A stretch of 61,486 bases of DNA from assembly GCA_002315325.1 (NCBI GenBank), contig DCGU01000076.1, positions 1 through 61,486 on the forward strand. Direction: 5' to 3'. Shown here in pieces: positions 29,101 to 37,786 of this stretch. Within the stretch, counting starts at the first letter, position 1, and every line of letters begins with the position of its first letter. The translations under genes were made by a program, and so were the position numbers. This DNA is from Clostridiales bacterium UBA1770 (GTDB lineage Bacteria > Bacillota > Clostridia > Oscillospirales > CAG-272). The notes under the pieces are model-generated. The model made no database searches. It was not told the origin of the DNA and was given only the letters and a program-made list of their open reading frames with translations.

Positions 29101-30514
29101 CGGCTATACGCTGGCGTATGCCGATAACGTAGAGAAGGGCGCGGCGAGCGTGACGATTACCGCCCGTGACAACGCCAACGTTATTTTCGCCCCCTATACC
29201 GCTTCGTTTACCATTGAAGGTGTCAATGCAGAGAACAGCATCGTTACGCTGCTTGACCACGAGAACTACGTGTACGACGGTACCGAGAAGAAACCCGGTG
29301 TGAGCGTGAAACTGCCCGACGGCACCGTGCTGTACGAGGACGTTGACTACGTTATTTCGTACGCCGATAACGTCAATGCCGGCAGCGCTTGCGTTATCGT
29401 TTCCTTCTTCGGCAACTATTCCGGTACGAAGAGCGTCGGCTTTACCATTGCACGCGCCGCATACGACGCGCAAAAGTTGGCACAGATGGTCTTTGCCGAC
29501 AGCCACGTGCTTTACGACGGACAGCCGCACTCCCTGCTCGTACAAAACGTGCCCGACGATATCCGCGTTACCTACGAGGGTAACAATGCGGTTGCCGTCG
29601 GTAAACACACGATTACCGCTACGTTTGAAACGAACGGCAACTACCTGGATATCCCCGCCATGACTGCTGTGCTGGATATCCGCACGACTGTGAAAAATAA
29701 TACCGATTCGACCGAGACACCCGTGACGCCGACAGGCAGCGACGTGCCCGGTACGGATCCCGTTAACCCGCCCGCCGAAAATCCCGATGAACAGACCGAA
29801 AAGCCTGCAGTCATCGTGGAATATGAAGGCGGTTTCCCCGGCGACGTCACGCTGGTGGTACAGGTCGTTGTCAGCACCGAGATTGAAACCAAGCCCGTCG
29901 AGGAATTGGATTTGACGATCGACTACAACGAACTGCTCGAAAAGGATGAAGTCGTCCTCACGATTTATGACGTAAAACTGATTCAGATTGATGAAAACGG
30001 CGTTGAAACCGAAATCAACGTCAGCGATTTGGACGAGGGGGCCACGATTCTGGTCAAGATGGCCATCCCCGAAGAAATTAAGAACGGCGGCAAATTGACG
30101 CGCGTACTGCACGTACACGATGCCGATGACGTGACCGAAATCCTGCCTTCCGAAACGGGAGAGCCGGCCGTGGGTAAATACGTCATCGACGGTGATTACC
30201 TGATCACCCGCATCGACCGCCTGTCCGAATTTGCTTTCATTACCGAGGCCAAGTGCTGCGTGCATTGGATTATGTTGGCACTGGCTGTACTGTTCATTGC
30301 TTTTGTTCTTGTTTGCTTCTTTGTATTCCGTAAGAAAAAGCACGACTTAATGACCATCATCGGCATTGCCGTCTACGTTGTCGGCATTGTCGTGACTGCC
30401 ATTCTGGGTAATTGCACGGCTTGCGTTGTGTGGACGATTATCAACGCAGTGCTGGCAGTGCTGGGCGCCGCATTCTTTGCGCTGTACGAGCGCATTTTCC
30501 CGCAGCAACCTTGA
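23138..30514 (+). CDS. Giant cell-surface protein (2458 aa): signal peptide, ~11 tandem ~72-aa adhesin-type repeats, C-terminal multi-TM anchor
   Basis: AGGAGG RBS and signal peptide MMKKLLSVLLALTMMTSLVSVFA. The repeats carry Y-[TDN]-G...TP...G-x-DY-x-V-x-Y-x-DNVN-x-GTA...GNY-x-G. The tail has three hydrophobic helices. Confidence 0.9.
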   Translation: MMKKLLSVLLALTMMTSLVSVFAVDVGAEEPSLQATAAPAVPDAVADDPDRYTIIVPTKSDVAVVEGVPVAWPASPFVNLDYIEVNGIFDKQIVTSCDVTDFVSTAFPESAADAYFYASLVDAGMGDYDSTSAYRNGTIKINKITSLKYAYVQDQPAPTGTELMQDKNFVYDVLSTYKMGYEAYFETDAVGNVNKVHIDYDFTSKNQNDDKQECTTHLLAFAGTVDQSMNVTPVLQKLTGAEMQTYALHADSLAVQNYGAAWETVYDAEGNAVTGAIVYDKVNKAYFTEFDLTAYDLASGVYNIAFILTYKDNYNHHYAMVVNSAPGCYGVEYYAPAYDVQMTPGSTDDVATTTDIMMQYRMNETGVWEGNDVVYGVNTLGSVSFRIKDDAAEKAPYVVTIPDFAFGHFDETAASVTYDGTDCGALFSADLTLPVINRRFLNFKLYKVLGDGLRQLVCTPEYTYYKNLLRESDFFSCAVLNSLNVGNYEMEILYDAVGDYEPDYITVPFTITPYAIDENTRDVYVTTIITECEEAEPIGFSYETEWDESFADNTANLADYLAFKQAYANGILPSAAELASGAVTSATELYNRLHASYTDVVAKYKDALTAYNLFYQVANKLSTFALNKNANETFADTDSDVEKTLIHLLLSYYGTYLEDDTRILCTTDTDVAMMHSYLMDAYNAYVAYADVYRAFTAACAEAGITVTAFDDATLASYAQTVAAYRSLVTLTDAEHFYWRAIPEDAAAFTFTQIERPQLPGGFISPAAIERSYTGVGQTPNILLTYCFEGYSIYDDGAMHTPVIRTGYAHASAMYNQAATDAVRNYYNYYSCVVIAMPKTGVWADYNTGACEYLSYRILHDGVDVRRNTALPGTYDITLAFEGNFTGSVAGLTYTVNKNVLTNPMFTAGTSETDYTGEALDVKVHLTQVLSGQLYEIVPDRLKLFGAAYNNSISLSSYVDYGFLKGDMSYTIVRVDGASLTDVDEIRDAGEYIVTYYLNDEHILLADGTTVTDVHVTVNPVNVAINAAVNGAAYGDTLTDVLAKTEIKAMNTWHGGTTDSAFSYDLSKAVLEVYEKDGYVPMTATATVLAGELYRLTVPVTLTDAVNFTFDGNDSVLNGNALSITFVAQRRVVDIIWSEGDYEKYVSEDKELPVSSVAASYTDIDGKEVALLVTCEHDLTGAGVYDIDVAFATAEEAANYEFSAVSHRAFVVKKDKITVSDTSLSYVTDENWIYYGQHYLDYGFTYVISFAGEHCGDFIITYSDYDRTAEKENAYEKFTVWTDTSIGVVPGSIVRRIASGDLYNGPLYINADDMDRIPVGTWVDELQLFVNNEDYELTEDTIYVSFYVSATDMTGQPVKTAPDADLCCTGYPIEPEFVISNPYSGRPLVSGTDYIVTFASNTDVGTATAYITYIGNYVGSATVEFDLVKRDLGNIADLVSVTDMTYTGSGVEPTPVFHVNGILIKAKDIVVTYTDNVNVGTATVLIQAAADGNFTFEDVELPFAVLPKTLTAYNVVIPGVTYDGSAKTPAVSIADGQCALQAGIDYTVTYTDNVNAGNGKAIITFSGNYAGTIEKEFVISPIYMGGADVTAESAVYDGTEKTPNVTVTYGGETVNASYYDVSYEDNVDAGEGDVIVVFRGNYSGTVVAHFTIAPKDMSQVPVVITATDYNGKPQTPELILKNGYVVLTSGTDYYVTYTDNVNAGTAKATISYCGNYTGTVEVPFTINALDGTMTKISVPAVPYTGKEQTPTPYVVDEVNAYALIPGTDFVVSYTDNVAFGTGIAHITFIGNYVGTMDVNFVIGEKDMNGAVATVSDMTYTGKELKPTVWLYDGNNLLIEGKDFDVKYSDNVNVGTAKAAITFKGCYKGTTAVTFAVLPADLSDTNVQLDDVVYTGSAVTPAIVIPFGDGNVDAGDYKAVFTNNVNAGTASVKITLGGNYKGEIVATFTVLQKKVTLTAANVKVARAAYTGKALTPAVTVTVDGLVLDPAGYTLAYADNVEKGAASVTITARDNANVIFAPYTASFTIEGVNAENSIVTLLDHENYVYDGTEKKPGVSVKLPDGTVLYEDVDYVISYADNVNAGSACVIVSFFGNYSGTKSVGFTIARAAYDAQKLAQMVFADSHVLYDGQPHSLLVQNVPDDIRVTYEGNNAVAVGKHTITATFETNGNYLDIPAMTAVLDIRTTVKNNTDSTETPVTPTGSDVPGTDPVNPPAENPDEQTEKPAVIVEYEGGFPGDVTLVVQVVVSTEIETKPVEELDLTIDYNELLEKDEVVLTIYDVKLIQIDENGVETEINVSDLDEGATILVKMAIPEEIKNGGKLTRVLHVHDADDVTEILPSETGEPAVGKYVIDGDYLITRIDRLSEFAFITEAKCCVHWIMLALAVLFIAFVLVCFFVFRKKKHDLMTIIGIAVYVVGIVVTAILGNCTACVVWTIINAVLAVLGAAFFALYERIFPQQP
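27239..29683 (+). repeat. About 11 tandem ~72-aa (about 216-nt) surface-repeat units within the 2458-aa gene
   Basis: The motif YTG/YDG-x3-TP ... GTDY-V-YTDNVNAGTA ... GNYTG recurs with ~70-75-aa spacing. I believe this matches the MBG-type repeat of Firmicute adhesins, but that needs an HMM check. Confidence 0.75.
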
Positions 30515-30651
30515 CTTGCATAGAAGAAACGGGTAACGCCGGGGGCTGTCCCCAATAAAAAACGGCCCCTCAAACAAAAATGAACGTATCACGTCAACCA
30601 CCGGGCAACGCTGTTGCCCGGCGGGAATCAGATATATATGGAGGATGAAAT

Positions 30652-33600
30652 ATGCGCTCAAATAAAAAAGCGTTCACGGCTCTCGTTTTGGCCGTGTGTG
30701 CAGTGATTGCATTGGGTGCCGTCCTTGCCGTGTCGGTGTCGAAAGAACCGGCGGTGCAGGCAGCCATGTTCAACCAATCCACTGTTAATTATACGCTGCA
30801 AGACGACTATAACGTCACGGAATACGATACCATGACGTTTGCGGACGGTATGACGCTCGACCTGGGCGGCAACGTACTGAACCTGAATAACAGTACGCTG
30901 TATGCGTCTGCCGGTGCGCAGGGCACCGTTACACTCGCCAACGGCACCATTGCCAACGGCACCCCTGTATTGACTTCCGGTTTACAGTGCGTCACGTTAC
31001 GCAACGTACGGACGGACACCACCGCGGAGTCCCTGTGCTGCAACGGCACAGTGTCCCTGTTCTGCTCACAAATCGGCTCGATGGTTGTCGTTGCCGCAGA
31101 GGATAGAATCAACTACGCCGTCGACGGCGGCAACGTCGTCACGGTCAGCGATATCACGGTGGATAAAGACTCCGTGGTCGGTACGCTGGTGTTAGATGCC
31201 CCTGCCAACGTCAAGATTGCCGGTTTTGTCGGCATCCTGTACCTGACGGAAAAAGCAGAGTATTCCTACGTTGAGTTGTTGGCCAATGCCAACGTCGGCA
31301 CCGTCTATTTGATGGGCAGCAACGTGTTCCTCAACGTGCACGGCGAGGCATTCGTACGAAATGCGATGGCTGCGGGTGAGGCGTGGGAAACCGTTCTGGC
31401 CCCCGACGTTTACGTGGAAAGCATGACGGACGAGGAAATGGACGCATTGATTGCGGACGTGCCGACGTACCGATTCGTTTCCAACAAAACGGCCACCTGC
31501 GTGGAAAACGGCAACGTCGTATTCTATAACGACAAGTCCGGTAAAAACGATACGTATACCGTTTTGGCCAAGCATAAATATGATGAAGGAACGCCCCTGT
31601 ACGACGGTCCCAACCCGCTGTTTAATATCACCGAATATCACTGTGAGTATTGCGGCGACGTCAAACGCACTATGGGCGAAAAAGAGCGTTCCATCGACAA
31701 CTGCGATAACGTCATCGACCTGTTGCTGCTGGCACTCCCCGATTTCAACTATGATTTCAATCTGGACAGCGGCATGACCTTTGGCGGCTACGTGGTCGAC
31801 GGCGGTTACGTGCATCTGGTCAGTGCCAACGGTAAACTGACGGGTGCCATCACGGCCAACGTCAGCACGACGCAAACCGACCTTGCCACGCAGAGTGACG
31901 CGACGGTACGTGCCTATATCAGCAACGAAAGAGTGTACGTTTATACCTCGTTCGTTGGGAATATGGCCGACATGGAATCACTCAATTTTCAGGGGTATTA
32001 CGACCTGAACGAAATTTTGACGGACCTTTTGACAGCATACGTTGGCGATTCCTTCGGCACCCCCGACGATATATTTGACGTCGTCAAAACCGTGTATGAT
32101 ATCGGCGGCACGCTGATTTGTGCCCAGCCGGAAATCGAGGCGGCAATGGCCGGTGCCCTGCAAGGCAGCTTGAAAATGCTGGTGGATTGCTTGCCGGTGG
32201 CATTCTGGGATTCCTACCTGTCCGAAACCGAGCTTTTCACCCGTCAATCCGTCGATAAAAACGGGAATATCACCTACGTACTGGACGTATCGTACTTGCA
32301 GGCGTCCCTGACCGACCTGTTGTTCGGCAGTGATAAGGCAACCGAAACGGACGATTTGATCGTCGTTGACTTTATCAACGAGTATCTGTATCCCGTCGCC
32401 GAGGGCGAGACCCTGACCGGCGACCGTATCGATAAATTCCTGCAGACGTTGCCCAACCGCACCGGTGAGGAAGTCATTGACGCACTGGTGACGCTGGCTG
32501 AGGGCGGCGGTTTGCGTTCCGAAGACTTATTCGACGCAATCAACAGCATTATCAGTACTGTGTTGACCGAGGAAGAGTTTGACGCGGCGTTCCACGGCGA
32601 TATCCGTTCCTTGGTGGACGGAGATTTGGCACAGACAACAATCGACGATATTTGTGCCGCCAACGGCATTCCGCTTGACGCGTTGATCGATAACGTCAAC
32701 AGTCTGCTGTCGGCCACTGTTGCAAGCGTCATCGATAACGCTTTGCAGACTTACTTCAATGATTCCACGTTGAACTGCGCCGACCTGTTGGAAAAACTCA
32801 CCAACGACCTCGTGGCAAAATACGGGTCGCTGACCTACGTGACCGACGCAGAGGGCAACCTTTTGCACGTGGACGTTGAGGTTATGGAAGCCGGCAAGGT
32901 ACAGTACGTCAAGACCTATGGTGTTGACGGTGTCGGCCGTGCCCTGCGCGTCAACGTGGCTACCGCAACCGATGGGGATATCTACGCGGGCAATGCAGTC
33001 GTCACCTTTGCCACCGTCTCCGACTGTGAACAGACGTATTTGACAGCGGTGAATGCCGATTGCCTGCTCGTGAAAAACGGTGTCACCGAAACCGATGCCG
33101 CGTTCACCTGGGCCGGTAATAAAGAAGACGTGAACGGTATCGTGACCTACGTGGTCAAGGAAGTATCCGTTCAATACAGCAACGAGGCATCCGGTACCAA
33201 CCTCGATGCATTGATCAAGGGCGAAATCAACCGGGATGGCGACACAGACCGCTATGAATTGACGGCGTGTGAAGTTACGACGGATGAATTGGCTGTTTCC
33301 TGCTGCAGGTCCGAAAATCTGGACACCATGATGGTCAACGTCGATTATCACAGCGGGGATGAAGCCTTCTCCCTGCACCAGACCGATGCGTATCTCGGCG
33401 TTGTTTCCACGTCCGGTGTGTTGAATACCATTGTCATCCAACGCGGGGACGGCATGGTTATATCCTATACCGACACGTTGGCTGCCTTCGATGACAGACA
33501 GCGCATGCTGCCGAACGCCCTCTTGTACACCACGGGTACGTCGCTTTCGTTGACGACAACGGCCACCGATAAATTCAGCGGGAAAATCATCCCGATGTAC

Positions 33601-36420
33601 CGCTTGGAATTGCTGCATACCACGGAAAACGCCACGACAACGATTTTGGTTGAACAAAACGACCACGGCAGCGAAAAAGTATTGACCGAGGCCGTCTTTA
33701 GCTATTTGTATGCATTCGAAAACAATTACACGCGGGTGTATGCCGCACAAAACTATACCGTTGTCGATGCAGCGGCAGGGCTTGTCGAGCAGAACAGCGT
33801 GTTTGATTTGACCAACCGCGGCACTGTGTTCTTCTGCTCCTACGGTTTGGACGCGCATGCCGACTACGTCACGATTGTGACGCAGACGAATGCCCCGAAA
33901 CTTGAAACGATCGAGAAATGGCATGCTGTTCTTTCGTATACCGAATATACGGACGCTACCTATGCAACGCCCGGAGATTGGGGTACGTTCGATTACGTGA
34001 ACGTCGCCTATGACGAGCGCGTCGAGAACGGCAAAGTGCTGACCGACTTCGACTGCGATATTAACCTGTTGGCCTACGTTACCAATACGGATAAGACGAT
34101 GGTAACGCCCTCCCGGACCGACGTGAAGCTTGAATTCCAACCCACACGCGGGCCGGAACTCCACGTCCATTACTATGAAACGTGGACGGATGGCAAGGTT
34201 GTCGGCCGTCTTACGGACAGCTATTTTGCATGGACGAAATATACAAATAGTTTGCGTGCAGACGGCAGTCATAACTTTTGGCAGGCGGTATTGGATTACG
34301 CACCCATTTCCGACGAGCAAAAGTTCACCTTTGCAAACGTTGTATCCAATCAGTATCCGTTTGACGTCGTGCGCTATTCGCTTTGCGGGGAGAAAATCTA
34401 CGACGGGAATCACAGCTATTGGGACCTGCGCTTGTCTGTTTCCGATGAGGTGATGCGCCAAAATGCTGCCGGTGAACGGGAATACTTTACGGTCGAAAAG
34501 GACGTATACGATATCACTTTCCGCAACAGTGATACCTTCGCATTCACGTTCCATCGCTTGGATGCACTGGATTATTACAAGACTGATACTATAGATATTC
34601 CGAATTCAAGTTTCAAATCTGCCAAAGTGTATTACCCGATTCAAACGCCTAACTACGACTGCGACGTGGTCGATTGGGGCTTTGTTGCAGATAAACCGCT
34701 TGCCGAATGGAAAAACGGGTTTGTCGGCCGATTCTATCAAATGGACGCCTCCGTTGCCTATCGGACGCCGGAAGATATTCTGGCAGACCTAGAGGCCGGT
34801 GTGGTTACTACGGAAAAGCTTGTATATTACGTGAATGACGGGTTAACGCTCCTTGACGTGCAGTATAACCAAACGGGCGAGCGAGATTATGCGTGGACGC
34901 TGAGTTACGTCCTCGACCCCCTGACGTTCGATGAGAGCTATAATTATTTGACGGAATTGATGAACGGCAGCGACAGTAACGATAATGATGCGGAAGTGCT
35001 GCTGGATGAAAACGGACACGTCGTTGTGCTGTCGCATCCGATGGCCATCACGTACAGCGAAAGAGGGTTCCTTGACGAAGCGTATAAACGCGACGTCGAT
35101 GAGGCAGATTGCAAGTGGACCATCTACGAGAACGTGACACGTCGGCTGAGTAATGGCACGATTTACAATACGTTGGCTGTGGCCACGGATACGGTGCTTG
35201 TGAACGGAAAAACCATTGCGCTGCATACGCCGGCATATATTGCAAAAACGCTGCCGGAACTGGCTGACGTGACCATGGCCACCATAACCAAGACCGTGGA
35301 CGACGATGGTACCATTACCTGGACGTGGAAAGATAACCTGTGGATGATCACGACCGACAGACTTGCTTTTAATGGCAAGAACAGCCGTTTGTCCGTTCTG
35401 TCTAACACGGTGAACCTGGTCGAAGAGGTCAGCATGAACACGGCGTTCTGCATGCAAACGTATAACGAATTGTATGGGGAGAACGTCGTCGGCAACACGA
35501 TTGTCGTGAAAAAGGCAGTGGACGGCACAAAGATTGATTACAGTGTGAGTGTGGACGCTACCCTGGGTAACGGCCTGACCATGGTGGACGAGGCAGCCGT
35601 ATGTAACGAGAACCTAACCCTGCACGCCTCCCTTGGCTTGCACGTCAATACCGACCCGGATCACTACTACTTCTCGTTCTACACCGATGCCGAGGATCTT
35701 ATGGCTTTCGTTTGCTCGGATGGTTTGAAAAAGATTGTCGAAGAATACCGGGAACCGATTATGGCCGATAAAGAGCAGAGCGACCTGTACGGGTTCCTCT
35801 TCGATCTGTATGACGTTCTGAAAAATATCCCCGTGGAACCCGGCGAATGGTTCAGCATTGCCCTGGATAAGGTCAATGCGGGTTACGGTACGGAAACGAC
35901 GCTGCGCTTTATTGCATACAGTGAAGTCAGAGATTACGTCTATTCCGCATCGCTGTATCAGGATCATGACGTATACGGCATCAAGGTGACGGACGATGGC
36001 TACTTGGTCGCAGACGTTTCCTGCCTGTATAACGAAACGACGCTTGCGTTGACGTCGGCGTATTTGGATATCAAGTCTCTGCTGAAAGGCACGAACAGTG
36101 ACGTGGTACGCGCTAACGTTTTGGCCGGATACGATCCTGCCATCCGGATGACCTTTGATAAAGACACCGGTGACCTGACGATTGACGTCTCCTTCGAAAT
36201 TCCGTCTACGGCGACGGACGTACGCGGTGCCTACAGTCTCCACCGTGCTGTGAACGGGAACGAGGGGACGCGCGCCTTTAAGATCAACGAGAATGGCAAC
36301 AGCTACGGGTATACCGGTGATGGTACCTGCGATAAAGAACTCCTGCCCTTCAGCAGCGTGATGGAAGGCAAAACCAAGTCCGAGTTCGAATACGTCGAAT
36401 TTGACGTTGGAGCAAAATAA
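30652..36420 (+). CDS. Giant secreted or anchored protein of unknown function (1922 aa)
   Basis: GGAGGA RBS and an N-terminal signal or anchor (AFTALVLAVCAVIALGAVLAV). I could detect no internal repeats and no recognisable catalytic motif. Codon usage matches the neighbouring genes. Confidence 0.85.
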   Translation: MRSNKKAFTALVLAVCAVIALGAVLAVSVSKEPAVQAAMFNQSTVNYTLQDDYNVTEYDTMTFADGMTLDLGGNVLNLNNSTLYASAGAQGTVTLANGTIANGTPVLTSGLQCVTLRNVRTDTTAESLCCNGTVSLFCSQIGSMVVVAAEDRINYAVDGGNVVTVSDITVDKDSVVGTLVLDAPANVKIAGFVGILYLTEKAEYSYVELLANANVGTVYLMGSNVFLNVHGEAFVRNAMAAGEAWETVLAPDVYVESMTDEEMDALIADVPTYRFVSNKTATCVENGNVVFYNDKSGKNDTYTVLAKHKYDEGTPLYDGPNPLFNITEYHCEYCGDVKRTMGEKERSIDNCDNVIDLLLLALPDFNYDFNLDSGMTFGGYVVDGGYVHLVSANGKLTGAITANVSTTQTDLATQSDATVRAYISNERVYVYTSFVGNMADMESLNFQGYYDLNEILTDLLTAYVGDSFGTPDDIFDVVKTVYDIGGTLICAQPEIEAAMAGALQGSLKMLVDCLPVAFWDSYLSETELFTRQSVDKNGNITYVLDVSYLQASLTDLLFGSDKATETDDLIVVDFINEYLYPVAEGETLTGDRIDKFLQTLPNRTGEEVIDALVTLAEGGGLRSEDLFDAINSIISTVLTEEEFDAAFHGDIRSLVDGDLAQTTIDDICAANGIPLDALIDNVNSLLSATVASVIDNALQTYFNDSTLNCADLLEKLTNDLVAKYGSLTYVTDAEGNLLHVDVEVMEAGKVQYVKTYGVDGVGRALRVNVATATDGDIYAGNAVVTFATVSDCEQTYLTAVNADCLLVKNGVTETDAAFTWAGNKEDVNGIVTYVVKEVSVQYSNEASGTNLDALIKGEINRDGDTDRYELTACEVTTDELAVSCCRSENLDTMMVNVDYHSGDEAFSLHQTDAYLGVVSTSGVLNTIVIQRGDGMVISYTDTLAAFDDRQRMLPNALLYTTGTSLSLTTTATDKFSGKIIPMYRLELLHTTENATTTILVEQNDHGSEKVLTEAVFSYLYAFENNYTRVYAAQNYTVVDAAAGLVEQNSVFDLTNRGTVFFCSYGLDAHADYVTIVTQTNAPKLETIEKWHAVLSYTEYTDATYATPGDWGTFDYVNVAYDERVENGKVLTDFDCDINLLAYVTNTDKTMVTPSRTDVKLEFQPTRGPELHVHYYETWTDGKVVGRLTDSYFAWTKYTNSLRADGSHNFWQAVLDYAPISDEQKFTFANVVSNQYPFDVVRYSLCGEKIYDGNHSYWDLRLSVSDEVMRQNAAGEREYFTVEKDVYDITFRNSDTFAFTFHRLDALDYYKTDTIDIPNSSFKSAKVYYPIQTPNYDCDVVDWGFVADKPLAEWKNGFVGRFYQMDASVAYRTPEDILADLEAGVVTTEKLVYYVNDGLTLLDVQYNQTGERDYAWTLSYVLDPLTFDESYNYLTELMNGSDSNDNDAEVLLDENGHVVVLSHPMAITYSERGFLDEAYKRDVDEADCKWTIYENVTRRLSNGTIYNTLAVATDTVLVNGKTIALHTPAYIAKTLPELADVTMATITKTVDDDGTITWTWKDNLWMITTDRLAFNGKNSRLSVLSNTVNLVEEVSMNTAFCMQTYNELYGENVVGNTIVVKKAVDGTKIDYSVSVDATLGNGLTMVDEAAVCNENLTLHASLGLHVNTDPDHYYFSFYTDAEDLMAFVCSDGLKKIVEEYREPIMADKEQSDLYGFLFDLYDVLKNIPVEPGEWFSIALDKVNAGYGTETTLRFIAYSEVRDYVYSASLYQDHDVYGIKVTDDGYLVADVSCLYNETTLALTSAYLDIKSLLKGTNSDVVRANVLAGYDPAIRMTFDKDTGDLTIDVSFEIPSTATDVRGAYSLHRAVNGNEGTRAFKINENGNSYGYTGDGTCDKELLPFSSVMEGKTKSEFEYVEFDVGAK

Positions 36421-36525
36421 TATTGGGGAGAACGTAACTCCCACCGAGGCAAGCCGTCATTTTTGGGCGGCTCGCCTCTTTCCGCATTTTAGACTGATTA
36501 CTGATTACTGGTTACTGTTTACTAC

Positions 36526-37785
36526 GTGAATTTATATGAAAAAGGGGGGCACGACGTTTTGAAAAATAGAATCAACCGCGCAGCGTCGCACTGCCGCAGG
36601 TCTTTGGTACTGTGTCTTTGCCTTGGCGCGTTGTGTCCCCTCACCATAACTGCCTGCACGGCACGCAACGATATGCGCCGCGGCATCGATATGCAGGATA
36701 TGGCAGCGTCCTATACCGATATGGCAATGACAAATGCACGCGATGCGCTGTATCACTTGCTCTACGGCATAACCGCACACGATGGGATTATCAACGCCAC
36801 GACCCTGGAAAATCTCAATGAACAAACCGATTACCTCCTGTCCATGATGCAGGCAGTCGGTGTTGCAGAAGCGGATTTTAACGATTATTTCTCGTGTCTT
36901 TCACGTGATGCCGACGCCTTGCTTGACGCGTATACCGTATGGGCGCAGACGAGTCAGCTCGACGCGCAACAGACAGCGCTTTGGCAATCCCTATACACAA
37001 AAACTTTGAAAACGTTCGGCACACGCGCCTGTGCGCAGATGCTGTATCAATATACGATTCAACAATATGATAACAAGCTGGATACCCTACGTACGCGTGT
37101 GCATACCTATCAGAACGATAAGTATTTATACCCGTATTACGTCCGGCAGCTGGAAGAAACCAAGGCGGAATCCGCCGCGTTTCGGTCAGTAACAGAGGGG
37201 GATTTTGTCACGGTATTTCAAACGGCCGTGATGCTTTACAACGTTGCACGCGCATGGAACGACGGGACGGCGGTACCGGACGCCGTATCGTTCAGCGCGG
37301 CAGAGGTGAAATTGCTGTACGATGAGGCATCGTACGACGTACAATTAACGCAGGCGCAATGGGCCGCCCTGTTTGCACGGACGGCGGCACTCCCGGGGAC
37401 TCTCGGGGGACTGTTTACCGCCGTGGTGCAGGCGGAGGACACCGTGCAGTGCGGCAACGTCTGCAACGCAGTATTTATACTGTTATCGTCGCTGCAAGGT
37501 ACCGCTGCAGTGCAAACCGAGATATGGGACACACTTTTGAAGGGTGACGATGCGCTGCGGATCAACGCATTGCTTGATTTTTTCACCGATAATGCACCGC
37601 AGGCCTTGGATACGGTGTGCAGTCTGCACCTTGGCGGGCAGGCGTACGTGGATTGGCTGGCGGATGCGGACGCGCAGGGGAACGTCCTGGGCGCTGCGCC
37701 GGTCACGGCCGATGCATTTCGACGTATGGATGCACAACTTCGTCCCGAAGCCTTATCGGGACTGTTACGGGGGGTATTCGACTGA
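36526..37785 (+). CDS. Putative lipoprotein of unknown function
   Basis: 419-aa ORF with a signal peptide ending in the lipobox-like ITAC (LCLGALCPLTITAC). The alternative TTG start at 36559 behind AAGGGGGG is possible. The stop overlaps the next gene's start (TGATATG). Confidence 0.7.
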   Translation: MNLYEKGGHDVLKNRINRAASHCRRSLVLCLCLGALCPLTITACTARNDMRRGIDMQDMAASYTDMAMTNARDALYHLLYGITAHDGIINATTLENLNEQTDYLLSMMQAVGVAEADFNDYFSCLSRDADALLDAYTVWAQTSQLDAQQTALWQSLYTKTLKTFGTRACAQMLYQYTIQQYDNKLDTLRTRVHTYQNDKYLYPYYVRQLEETKAESAAFRSVTEGDFVTVFQTAVMLYNVARAWNDGTAVPDAVSFSAAEVKLLYDEASYDVQLTQAQWAALFARTAALPGTLGGLFTAVVQAEDTVQCGNVCNAVFILLSSLQGTAAVQTEIWDTLLKGDDALRINALLDFFTDNAPQALDTVCSLHLGGQAYVDWLADADAQGNVLGAAPVTADAFRRMDAQLRPEALSGLLRGVFD

Positions 37786-37786
37786 T

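Noticed and set aside
30598-30622. Hairpin CCGGGCAAC-GCT-GTTGCCCGG between the 2458-aa and 1922-aa genes as a terminator
   Set aside because: No T-run follows it. It is more likely an intra-operon stabilising or processing hairpin, so it was not annotated as a terminator.
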